Shown here piece after piece: positions 9,877 through 19,730 of a DNA stretch of 53,970 nucleotides. Positions within the stretch are counted from its first letter, which is position 1; each line of letters opens with the position of its first letter. The position numbers and the translations under genes are program-made. The notes beneath the pieces are model-generated. The model was not told the origin of the DNA, did no database searches, and worked only from the letters and a program-made list of their open reading frames with translations. Source of the DNA: a virus (taxonomy: Duplodnaviria > Caudoviricetes); IMG/VR virus record IMGVR_UViG_3300025108_000066, positions 1 through 53,970 of that record; one strand, given 5' to 3'.

Positions 9877-9899
9877 GGGGGGTACCCTAGGTACCCCCT
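9877..9899. terminator. GC-rich hairpin between the two convergent genome arms
   Basis: GGGGGTACC-CTA-GGTACCCCC; weak U-tracts, so bidirectional termination is inferred. Confidence 0.6.
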
Positions 9900-9905
9900 A
9901 AAACT

Positions 9906-12900
9906 TTACATATCATATGCTTGTATTAGTTTATCTATATCTGGACGAGACTTTTTAGTTGCAAACTTTTTAAACCTTTCAGCAGCTGGTAACTTCCAAG
10001 CATCATACATTCTATTAGCCGAGGCTTTCCAATCAGATAAATAAAACTCACTGTTTCTATGCGTTCTATTATGAGCTCTAACATCTTTTTCAATTCTTCT
10101 CATCTCAGCTCTGTCTCCTGAGATTCTTGCTTTAACGTATGCTTCAGAAAACTTAATCTTAATTGATTTAACATAGTCACCTGTTTGTTTAGTCATACGT
10201 ATAATATCGTTTTGGTAAGACGCACTAGCTGGATAGAAGTTTAATGCTCTAAAAAATATCTCTTTAAAGTGAACGTCTTTGTCTAGTACTTTACCCTGCT
10301 TGTTAGTAATAACACCATCATCATAATAAGTATATGCGTCTGCTATAGCCCTTATACCACCGTAAGGTTGTGACCTTAAGACATCTACAAATCTTGTTGT
10401 GTCAGCTTTTAAACCAACTTTACCTGCAGTGTAGTTTCCAAATAAAGTTACAGCAGCTACAGCTTGTTCTCCAGCTGCATACACAGGACCTAAGAAGTTT
10501 GTAACCTCTTGCTCAAAGCTAGAACCTGCTTTAGCCATACCAGTTAGTGGTATTAAATCACCAAAGCCTAGTCTTGTAGACATAGTAGCACCTGTAACCT
10601 TATCAAGAACACCTCTCATTACTAATGGTGATGTACCTGGGGCTACTTCGTCTATAAACATAGTTAATTCTTTTTCTACCGTACCTATTTTAATACCAAA
10701 CATTTGAACTAATGTGTCTATTAAATCCATAATGTCTTCTCCAAAAGGTAATCCTTTCATACCTGATAGGAAGAACAGTAACATTAAGAAATATATTCTT
10801 TCGTTTCTACCTAAGTTTTTCATAAGCTCAATACTAATCATTACGAATTGTTTATACATCATTAATGAATTAAGTAATGGACCTCTAGATATCTTAGGTC
10901 TGTTAAACATAGAGTACTCACCTTGAGATGTGTTTACTGCTACCTCAGCAAACTTTGCAGCTTCACCTTCAATTTCTTTATTTAACTCTGCTATTCTTTC
11001 TGGAGTTATATTTTTTACGTTAAACTCTTTTGCGTTTGCTGCTATAAGTTTTTCTTTTTGTAATCTATAAGCTGCTAGGAAAGTAGCCCTTCTGTTAAGT
11101 TGCTCTGTATAAGAGAACAACGACATCCATTTCTTAAGCATACCAGATGTGGTATTTGTTAAACCACCTCTTGCTGTACCTACCAAGGCATTGTACTGAG
11201 CCGCTTGAAGCACCCCATCAGATGTTGCTCTGTGTACAGCTTGTGCTTCATCAGGACTTATATTGTATTGTATTTGAAGTTGTTCGGCTAATTCTGGGTC
11301 AGCGGTATACTCACCTGTCTCAGGGTCAAAGCCAGCTACCTTATTCATCCAGTCTAGGTTTGCTAAACTTTGTTCAGCTCCTGCTTCTGTTAGACCTAAT
11401 CTTGTTCTTACACCATCACTCATCTGTCTAGCAGCCTTTTGCATGTGATAAGCTGACGCAGACATACCAAACCCACCGCCGTATCCAGTCTTAGGATTAT
11501 AAGTTGCAAGATACGGTATACTATGAGTAACCATAGACATTGAATTAATTATAGCTGTTGCAACAGAGCCACCTAATTGTGAAGACACAGCTAGTACTTT
11601 AAGGTTCTGTCCTGTTTTAGAATTTTCTAATATGTCTTCTGTTGAGTCTACAATGTTCTCACCACTAGCGTAGTAACCTAATATATCCTTAGCTTGTTGT
11701 TTGTAGTCTTCACCTCTACCTTCAGGTTTAACTTGTTTAGGTGTTCTTATATTAGCAAGTGGTCCTGTCATTTCATATATAGTAAATTCATCTGCAGTAT
11801 TTTCTGTAGTACCTGCACTGTATCTGTACATGTTAGCGTATGCGTCATAATTTGCTCTAGCTACTTGTTTTTCTTGTTCGTTACCAAATTTTTCTACTCT
11901 ATCTAAAGTTTCTTTTAATTTATTTAGTTTATTTCTATCGCCTAACCATTGGTCTTCACTAGCTAAGACAGTATTAAGTTTGTGTTCAAAATAAGTTTTA
12001 CCTGCTAGATGAGATTGTGCTCGTAAGAACATAGCTTGGTTTCTAACTACTTCTTTATTCCAACCAGCTTTACCAACACGAGGTAGCTTTTGTCTAGCTG
12101 CTGACCCTGTATCTGTAAGACCTTTAATAATCTTATCTCTATCATTAACAGAAATATTTATTTGTAAGTCATCAGCAATTCTTAGGAAGGCAGATAAGTT
12201 TTGGTCAAGCGACATTAAAGATGCTGTTCTAGCTACACTTCTTGATGCTTCTAAAGTAACTTCAATCTCTTGCCCTGATTTATCTCTAACAACAAATGGA
12301 TTTTTACCAAAAGTTTCATTAACTTGTTTTTGTATTTCTCTAGCATCTTGTTCAGTCTCAGCTTGAAAGTATGGCATAGCATTTTTATATTGTTGGTCAA
12401 GTTTTATTCTGTTTCTATCTTTATCAAAAGCTATTGTCTCTACTTGATACTTACCACGTCTTACAAACTGTACGTAACCTGTCATTAGAGTACGTTTAGA
12501 ATTAAACTCTATTTGTTTAGTAGCTTCTTCTAAAGCAAATAAACTTTTAATAGTATTAGTTATAGTATTAGCTTCAGCCTCTCCTTCTTTACCTTTTTTA
12601 AATATAGCGTTTAGTTCACTTAAACCCTGTATAATTCTTCTATATTCATTATCATTAGGGAATCTAAATATAGGTTGAGCCCCTGGTTCTGGTGTCTTAA
12701 ATTCATCATTCCAATCCTCGAACCTATAGTTTTCTTTTACACCTACACCTGCGTTACCATCTTGCCAGTCTTCTACTTTTAATGGTTGAAATAAAGCACG
12801 ATTAACTTCTCTTATAAACAACGCAGATTTACGTTTAGCTTCAGATGTGTAATTTGTTTGTTTATCACCAGTCGCATCTACTTGACGTATTTGCCTATAT

Positions 12901-15900
12901 TTTTCCATGATTAATTCAAACGTTTCTCTAGCTCCAGTTAAGTTTGAATCTTGACCTATAGCTTTTAAAAAGTTATTTATTGCATCTTGTCTTTCAAACG
13001 TAGTTGATTCAAGACTTGACTCAAATACATCTACGGCTGACTTATTAATGGCAGCACGTATCTCTGAATACATTTTGTAAACTCTAGGGCTAATAGATTC
13101 TGGTTTAAACTTTCTTGATTCAAGTTTACCTGTATCATCTTGTAGTATAGATATATCATATGGTATACCTTCTAAAAATTCTTCTATAGATACTAAGCCC
13201 ATGTCTCCTAATTCTTTTGCAGCTTCACGATTCACTGCTTGCCCGCCTCCAACTTCTTGTCTTAAGCTAGGTGCTTTTGCAACGGTTGAATCTTCACCAT
13301 TTTGTTTAGCCCTGAATAAGGCTGCGTAACTTAGTAAGTCGCTAACTTGATTAAGTTCTTCTTCAGTAGCACCTACAGTCCCTGGTTCAGTACCACTTTT
13401 TTTGCTGTCTATTAAATCGTTATAGTCTTTTGTAGTTGTAACAACTATATCATCTTCATATTTTCTGTTAAATATATTTGGTCTAGTAGAGAACTGAGTT
13501 AATGTTTCGTAAGTTCTTTCTAAGCTTTTTATTTTCTTAGCTTGCATACCAAAAATATTAAAGATATTTCTTAATCCTTCACTACGATTAGATATATTGC
13601 CTAATGTTTGTAGATATTCTAGTGCTGACCCAATAGCTTTTGGTGCATCTAATCCCAGTTTGTTTTTTACTACTTCCTTGAAGTTGTTAAATGAGCCGAA
13701 AGTACTGTTTGCAGTAATACCAAACATAGCAAAAATAGAAGCTGGTAAGCTGGTGTTCACCTGTTCTGTATAGAATCTAGTTTGTGTAGCTCTGTCGTAT
13801 TCATCTTGCATGTTACTTACAAGTTGTTTGACGTTAAAGTAACTACCACCACCTGTGCGTAAGTTCCTACGTGATTGACTTAGTATGTATCTTGATAAGT
13901 CATCATCAAATTTAATACCTATTTTATTTAAGAAGTTCTTTACAGCGAACCACATTCTTTGTATTGCTGATACATCTAAGGTAGCCGCTGCGTTAGCCAT
14001 AGCTTCTTCAATGGCTATGTATTTATCCATACCATTTTTTATATGTATATCTGCAACAGCTTTTATATGACCTTCGCTGTTATATAAATCTTCTAGTACT
14101 GCATTTAGTTTACCGTCAGGAACGAATGCTCGTAGCCCAAAGTGACCTAACGTCTCGTGAGCTACTATAAATTTTAGTTGCTCTTCAGTTTTAATGTTGT
14201 TAGCAAATACAACAATCTCATCTCCTAGTGCAAAGGCTGCAAAGTTTGTTGTATCAAAGTCTCCTTGTTGCCTGCCTGCAACTGCTCTTTCGTATAGCTC
14301 AGGAAACTTAGATTCTAGCTCTGCTTTATCTTTAACTACTGTAGCTTTAGGTTTTAGTTTAAGTTTACCAAGAGCTTTATTTACTATAGCTCTGACTCTA
14401 AGTATAGGCACTGGATTTTTAATAACAGAACCATCGAGTCTAAAGAACATTGTGTCATCTGGATTATCATCTACACCTTCTAACATATTATCTATATCTT
14501 TATTAGATAAGTCTTGTTTAGTTAGGAACTCCTGACCTTTTGGGTCTACTGGTTCCATTAGTTTTTCTAAATCTTTTAAGTATTTTCTTTTATAAGCTGT
14601 AGCTTCTTTCATATTACCAGCCATAAAAGTCTGCTCGATTGTTAACTCATCAGCCTCAGCTTTTGCTAAAGTTTTTACACTATAGCCTTCTGCATTATCA
14701 GCTTCTACTATTGCGTATTCAATTAGTTTTTTTTCTCCTTTCTTTAACTTATCTTTTGCAATAACCTCTGCTTCTTGGGCTTTTCTAAACGCAATCACGT
14801 CTGCCTGTTCTTTTCGTTCTTGTTCTGATAACTTACTATCTAACACTTCGTTGAGTTCTGCTACATTTTCGTTAGTGAATGCTAGTCCCTCCCCCTTTTT
14901 TAAGTTAGCTGCTTTATCTTTCTCTTCTGTTTCAATACGAGTTTTTCTTTGCTCTAAATTTTTCTTTGTTATAGGTTTAAATATAGCCATACCTTCAGCT
15001 GATTTAGTTTTATAAAGTATTAGTTTGCCTTTATCTGTAAAGTAATCGCTAAGTAAATCACCCTCTTTATTTATTCCATAGTTTTTATCTTCGTCTGACA
15101 GCTTTGCAAATCCGTTTTCTATTTTGTTCTTAGGAACACTTCTATTTGGTTGTGTTATTTTTGTAGTACCAAGGGCTTCTGTTATCTGATTCTTAATTAA
15201 ATTATGAACTTGAATAGCTGTGTAATCTGGCTGAGTATCAATAGTTATTTTACTAAGTGCACTTTGGTCAGTTTCTAATGGTTGAGCTGGACCAGAAAGG
15301 ACAGGTAATTTTTTCTTTTGTCTCTGGTCTATTATAGATTGGTATCTACCTCTTCTTTTAGTCCATGCAATAGCTTCTTGTATTCTAAGTTCTGAACCAC
15401 TTTGTATACCAGGTAAACCTGTAGCCTCTCCTACTTCAACTAGTTCAGTTGTAAGTCTATCGTATATTACATCGTCTAATACAGCTGCTTCGTTATCAGT
15501 ATAAAATCCAGTTGTTCCAAAATAATTATTTAAAAAGTTACGGGCTTTTGTAACTGCTCTTTCGTTAAACGTAATATCTCCATAGTCTTTACTTCGTTTA
15601 TCTAACCACCCTATATCTACTAACTCAGATAGTAAATCTTGTTTAGTGTCGTTATCTAAAATAGCTGCTTCGTACTGTGCTATACGCATGTCAGTATATA
15701 CAGCTGGAGTTACACCTACATCTTTAAAATCTTGCTCAGTCATATGTAAAAACATATTTCTAATTTCTTCTGTTTTTATTGCTGTGCTTTCTTTTACTGC
15801 TGTACTTATAGAATCACTTATTGGTTTAGGTACAGTATCAATAAGAGCAGAACCAGGTATCAACGGTTTTATATCGTCCCAAGCTTCTTGTGTATTTTTA

Positions 15901-18900
15901 TATTTTTTCTTAAAGTCTTTTGGTTTTGCTCTGGCTCTAGTTAACTTATCTACTTTTTGTTGACGTAAAAATTTATCAACCGCACTTACTTTATCTTGCC
16001 CCGTGCTATCGGCTGGTTTCTCAACAGGTTTTTCGTCAGCTTTCCGAACGGATTTTTCTTTTCCCTTAACTTGTAGTTTAGCCTTTCCTTTCTTCTTTTC
16101 TCCGACAGACTCTTTAGTCCCTTTGATGTTGGTAGTGTCAGCATCTGTTTCTTGCTTGTCTCTTGTAGTAGTTGTTCTGCTATCTCTGGTTTGTTTTCCT
16201 TCAACCACTTCAGCTGTTTCTTGCTTCGTATTGGCATCTTGTGTATCTCCTTCTATTTGAAATTGTGTCATAGCTTTTCTAGCATCATCGCCAAACGATA
16301 CTATTAAACCACCAGCATCTTGTACAAATCTTTCGTGTTGTTCTTTCGTACCTTCAAGCTGTACAAAGTTAACTCCGCCAGAAGGCATAGGTGTAAATGA
16401 TTCTCTAAGTTCTGCGTTAGCTATTTCAGCTTGAACATCTCTGTTATTAAAACTTTCACTTAATTGGTAAAGAATTTTACCGCCTACAATTTCACCGCCT
16501 ACAATTTCACTAGGTGTTGTTTCTGTCTCTTGATTGTCTTTAAATAAGTTTGTCTCTAAAGGAGAATAAAATTCATCTCCCTTTTTAGCAACTTTAAATC
16601 CTCTTCTCTTAAATGCTTTTTGTGCTCCAGCTACACTTTCAAGTACAGTATATCTTTTTCCTTGTGATTCTCTTATTTTTTCTATTTCTTTAAATATTTT
16701 TTCAACAGCTTTTGAATTTACACCACCTACCATCTCTACACTAATAGCATTATCTTCAATACTATATTGTGCTGCTGCTAGTGGAATACCTTTATCGTCT
16801 TCTATTACAATACTATCATTTGGAACAGCTCCTGTTTTAAATGCATCTAAAACAATAGGTGCCATCATACGTAAAGTAGCAGATAGTTTATCTTGTGTTT
16901 GTACATCTCCTCTTATTACAACTGACGCACTAGAAGTTTTGTTGCTTGGTTTTAAATACTCTAAAGATATAGCTCCTTCTATTGCTGATTGCATTACCCC
17001 TGATGGCATATTTTGAGCAGTTATACCTGAAAAAATATTTCCTGGTCCTTGTGCCATAGAATTTATAGTTTCATTTACATTATTTACAAACACAGAATTT
17101 AAAGATTTAGCTACAATAAATGGTCCCGCATAATCTTCTACTTTAATTTTTTTAGCTTCTTGTTCTGCTCTAGCTCTATCTAAAATTTTTTGTTGTTGAG
17201 CTCTTAATGCATTTATCTCTGTTGTATCTTCTGCTACTTCCTCACCTGCTTCTGTCCCTCGTTTTTCTACTCCTGTTCCTGTTGTTGCTACCAGTAAACT
17301 TAAGTACCTTTGTATTGCTTCGATATCAGCTACTACATTTCTATACTGTGCAGTGTTTATCTTACCGTCTTTCTCTAACTTAACTTTTGTTTGTATTTTT
17401 TTAGCTAATAATTTAGATAGTTCTTCTGTATTTGTTCTACCTGTTAAACCTTGGTCCATAGCTAGATAGCTGGCTATATTACGTCTTTTACCTTTATCTT
17501 TTGCACTAGATTTAAGTTCATATCTAGATAAAGCTGTTCTATCAAGAGTTGATATTTCTTCTAGCATAGTATTTAATTTATCTGCTGAAGTTAATTTTGC
17601 TTTACCTTTAGGTGTTGTAGTTGTAGTTGTTGCTTTTTTTAAATCTTGCTCAACATTTTTTATTTCTTTTTTAGTATTATTTTTAAGTATGTTAGCTATT
17701 GTTTCCTCTTCTTTTTTTCTATTCTGTTGTCGTATTTCTTTAATTTCAAAATACAAATCATCGCTAGTAATACCTATTTCTGTAGCGTTAGGACCACTAG
17801 GAAAAGCTGGAGAGTAAGAATTAAACTTAGCATCTGACATGGTAAGAAGTGAAGGATTCTGCAGAACAGTTTTAGTAGCATCTTCTGTTTTAGTAGTAGC
17901 TACTTCTTTATCTAATTTATTTAATAAATTAGTATTTTCTTTTTCTAAATCTTTAGTGTCTGATATAACTGCAATAGGAAAATCTCTAGTGCCTTTCTCT
18001 TTTAGTGTTTTCTTTCCCTCTTCTTCTACTATCTTAGTAGTTTCTTTTTCTAATTCTTTAGTGTCTTCACTATAAGCAGAAGCTGGTAGTTTCATTTGCT
18101 GACGTAACAGTGCATCCCTTCGTTCTTTTGCTCCAGTTATTTTTTCTTCACGACTTGGTTGTTCGTCTGTAAAATCTATTGGGTCATTAGGCTCAGTTCT
18201 AGAATTACTACGGTCTAATACATCTGAGCTAGGTTTAGAAAGTAAGTTAGCTGCAGCACCAATAGGACCACCAACAAAGAAACCTGCTGCAAACGAATTG
18301 ACTAATCTATTTTGTACTTGAGGGCTATCTAACTTTAACTGACCTGTGTTAGCTAGTATTAAACTTTCTTGTGCTACCTCTGTTGTACCTTCTAATGTAC
18401 CACCAACACCAAAACCTTTTAGAACTCTTGATGTTCGTCCACCTTGGTCAGTTCCTTCTAATAATGTTTTATTTATTTTCTTTGGCTTAACACTAAATAT
18501 TCTTGCAGCTAATAAAAACTCAGGTAGCATTTCCATTGCAGCATAAGGTATTGCAGTAAGAGCAGCAGACAGTCTATCGTCTTGACCCTCTTCTCTTTGT
18601 TCACCATATATATCACCAAGACCTATACCATAACTACTAGTTCCAATACCTAATGCTGTACCACCTTTTATAGCTTGGTCTCTAGCTGTTTGTGTAATTC
18701 GTCCTCGTACACCATCTCCTCCTAATAGTCCTTCTTTAGCTACAAGCTCATCAAGTTGAGTTTTAGTTGGTTTGCCTCTAAGTGTTTTAGCAACTCCTTT
18801 ACTATCAACAATAAATATATTAGGTGTTTTTATACTAGCAACACCAGCTAAACTTGATGCTTCACGAATTAATTTTCGCTCACCACCAGTAAGTGATTTT

Positions 18901-19718
18901 TTATCTTTTTCGTATTTCTTAGCTGCTTTTATTACAGCTTGTTTATAACGCTCTTTACCTAAAACACCAGATACTGCATAGCCTACAGCACTAAGCGGAT
19001 TTGCACCTGTTACTGCTCCTACGCCTCCACCTATCAGGGCAGCTGCTATGGATTCTAATAAGTTTGGACCTTGTTGTGCTAGGTTAGCTACGAACCAATC
19101 TATAGCATCATGCGATTCGTTTGCATCTCCGTCTTGTATGTAACCAGATTTTATCTTAGTAAATTCTCTTTGGAACGGCTCGTTCTTTTCTATCTCTCTG
19201 ATAGCTTCATCAACAAGACCTTGCCCATATTTTTCAGCTCCAAAGAATTGAGAGGCTCTACCATATAATAGTTTTAGATTACTACCACCTATGTCAAAGT
19301 TTTCTGCAGCTAGTCTTCCTGCTTGTGGATTTTTAATTCCTTTAATGTATGAACCAAATTCTTTAGGACCAACTCGTGTCCAGTCTCTTGCTATATCTAA
19401 AGAAGGTTTTAGTGGTCTGTCTCTAAGTTTTGCTACAGATTGTAATGCTGTCTTAGCGTCATCATCGTCAAACATCAAGCCGTTGACAAACATTTTTTTA
19501 GTGCTTGGGCTATAGAAAACTTGGGGAGTTTCATCAGGTGGCTCATAGCCAATAGCATCAGTTTGTGCTTGTAGACCTGCAAGAGTATTTAAATTACTTT
19601 GTGCTAACTCACCAGTGCTGGGTACATTGTCTATACTTTGAGAAACACTTTCGATACTTGGTATACTATCAGCAACACTCTCAATACTAGGGGTGTTTAA
19701 ACCTACACGTACTACCAT
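9906..19718 (-). CDS. Giant polyvalent internal virion/ejection protein (3270 aa)
   Basis: Last gene of the ejection cluster; N-terminal hydrophobic Gly/Ala helices; HETLGH...EE metallopeptidase-like motif; PLxRFG-like GYVQFVRRGKY; EQLNRRATFLAAYRL. Confidence 0.8.
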   Translation of the reverse strand: MVVRVGLNTPSIESVADSIPSIESVSQSIDNVPSTGELAQSNLNTLAGLQAQTDAIGYEPPDETPQVFYSPSTKKMFVNGLMFDDDDAKTALQSVAKLRDRPLKPSLDIARDWTRVGPKEFGSYIKGIKNPQAGRLAAENFDIGGSNLKLLYGRASQFFGAEKYGQGLVDEAIREIEKNEPFQREFTKIKSGYIQDGDANESHDAIDWFVANLAQQGPNLLESIAAALIGGGVGAVTGANPLSAVGYAVSGVLGKERYKQAVIKAAKKYEKDKKSLTGGERKLIREASSLAGVASIKTPNIFIVDSKGVAKTLRGKPTKTQLDELVAKEGLLGGDGVRGRITQTARDQAIKGGTALGIGTSSYGIGLGDIYGEQREEGQDDRLSAALTAIPYAAMEMLPEFLLAARIFSVKPKKINKTLLEGTDQGGRTSRVLKGFGVGGTLEGTTEVAQESLILANTGQLKLDSPQVQNRLVNSFAAGFFVGGPIGAAANLLSKPSSDVLDRSNSRTEPNDPIDFTDEQPSREEKITGAKERRDALLRQQMKLPASAYSEDTKELEKETTKIVEEEGKKTLKEKGTRDFPIAVISDTKDLEKENTNLLNKLDKEVATTKTEDATKTVLQNPSLLTMSDAKFNSYSPAFPSGPNATEIGITSDDLYFEIKEIRQQNRKKEEETIANILKNNTKKEIKNVEQDLKKATTTTTTPKGKAKLTSADKLNTMLEEISTLDRTALSRYELKSSAKDKGKRRNIASYLAMDQGLTGRTNTEELSKLLAKKIQTKVKLEKDGKINTAQYRNVVADIEAIQRYLSLLVATTGTGVEKRGTEAGEEVAEDTTEINALRAQQQKILDRARAEQEAKKIKVEDYAGPFIVAKSLNSVFVNNVNETINSMAQGPGNIFSGITAQNMPSGVMQSAIEGAISLEYLKPSNKTSSASVVIRGDVQTQDKLSATLRMMAPIVLDAFKTGAVPNDSIVIEDDKGIPLAAAQYSIEDNAISVEMVGGVNSKAVEKIFKEIEKIRESQGKRYTVLESVAGAQKAFKRRGFKVAKKGDEFYSPLETNLFKDNQETETTPSEIVGGEIVGGKILYQLSESFNNRDVQAEIANAELRESFTPMPSGGVNFVQLEGTKEQHERFVQDAGGLIVSFGDDARKAMTQFQIEGDTQDANTKQETAEVVEGKQTRDSRTTTTRDKQETDADTTNIKGTKESVGEKKKGKAKLQVKGKEKSVRKADEKPVEKPADSTGQDKVSAVDKFLRQQKVDKLTRARAKPKDFKKKYKNTQEAWDDIKPLIPGSALIDTVPKPISDSISTAVKESTAIKTEEIRNMFLHMTEQDFKDVGVTPAVYTDMRIAQYEAAILDNDTKQDLLSELVDIGWLDKRSKDYGDITFNERAVTKARNFLNNYFGTTGFYTDNEAAVLDDVIYDRLTTELVEVGEATGLPGIQSGSELRIQEAIAWTKRRGRYQSIIDQRQKKKLPVLSGPAQPLETDQSALSKITIDTQPDYTAIQVHNLIKNQITEALGTTKITQPNRSVPKNKIENGFAKLSDEDKNYGINKEGDLLSDYFTDKGKLILYKTKSAEGMAIFKPITKKNLEQRKTRIETEEKDKAANLKKGEGLAFTNENVAELNEVLDSKLSEQERKEQADVIAFRKAQEAEVIAKDKLKKGEKKLIEYAIVEADNAEGYSVKTLAKAEADELTIEQTFMAGNMKEATAYKRKYLKDLEKLMEPVDPKGQEFLTKQDLSNKDIDNMLEGVDDNPDDTMFFRLDGSVIKNPVPILRVRAIVNKALGKLKLKPKATVVKDKAELESKFPELYERAVAGRQQGDFDTTNFAAFALGDEIVVFANNIKTEEQLKFIVAHETLGHFGLRAFVPDGKLNAVLEDLYNSEGHIKAVADIHIKNGMDKYIAIEEAMANAAATLDVSAIQRMWFAVKNFLNKIGIKFDDDLSRYILSQSRRNLRTGGGSYFNVKQLVSNMQDEYDRATQTRFYTEQVNTSLPASIFAMFGITANSTFGSFNNFKEVVKNKLGLDAPKAIGSALEYLQTLGNISNRSEGLRNIFNIFGMQAKKIKSLERTYETLTQFSTRPNIFNRKYEDDIVVTTTKDYNDLIDSKKSGTEPGTVGATEEELNQVSDLLSYAALFRAKQNGEDSTVAKAPSLRQEVGGGQAVNREAAKELGDMGLVSIEEFLEGIPYDISILQDDTGKLESRKFKPESISPRVYKMYSEIRAAINKSAVDVFESSLESTTFERQDAINNFLKAIGQDSNLTGARETFELIMEKYRQIRQVDATGDKQTNYTSEAKRKSALFIREVNRALFQPLKVEDWQDGNAGVGVKENYRFEDWNDEFKTPEPGAQPIFRFPNDNEYRRIIQGLSELNAIFKKGKEGEAEANTITNTIKSLFALEEATKQIEFNSKRTLMTGYVQFVRRGKYQVETIAFDKDRNRIKLDQQYKNAMPYFQAETEQDAREIQKQVNETFGKNPFVVRDKSGQEIEVTLEASRSVARTASLMSLDQNLSAFLRIADDLQINISVNDRDKIIKGLTDTGSAARQKLPRVGKAGWNKEVVRNQAMFLRAQSHLAGKTYFEHKLNTVLASEDQWLGDRNKLNKLKETLDRVEKFGNEQEKQVARANYDAYANMYRYSAGTTENTADEFTIYEMTGPLANIRTPKQVKPEGRGEDYKQQAKDILGYYASGENIVDSTEDILENSKTGQNLKVLAVSSQLGGSVATAIINSMSMVTHSIPYLATYNPKTGYGGGFGMSASAYHMQKAARQMSDGVRTRLGLTEAGAEQSLANLDWMNKVAGFDPETGEYTADPELAEQLQIQYNISPDEAQAVHRATSDGVLQAAQYNALVGTARGGLTNTTSGMLKKWMSLFSYTEQLNRRATFLAAYRLQKEKLIAANAKEFNVKNITPERIAELNKEIEGEAAKFAEVAVNTSQGEYSMFNRPKISRGPLLNSLMMYKQFVMISIELMKNLGRNERIYFLMLLFFLSGMKGLPFGEDIMDLIDTLVQMFGIKIGTVEKELTMFIDEVAPGTSPLVMRGVLDKVTGATMSTRLGFGDLIPLTGMAKAGSSFEQEVTNFLGPVYAAGEQAVAAVTLFGNYTAGKVGLKADTTRFVDVLRSQPYGGIRAIADAYTYYDDGVITNKQGKVLDKDVHFKEIFFRALNFYPASASYQNDIIRMTKQTGDYVKSIKIKFSEAYVKARISGDRAEMRRIEKDVRAHNRTHRNSEFYLSDWKASANRMYDAWKLPAAERFKKFATKKSRPDIDKLIQAYDM

Positions 19719-19730
19719 TATAAACCTCTA

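Noticed and set aside
9906-19718. Virion RNA polymerase (N4- or crAss-like) suggested by size
   Set aside because: I could not find a DxDxD or T7-type motif set, and polyvalent-protein motifs fit better. Not fully excluded without a structure search.
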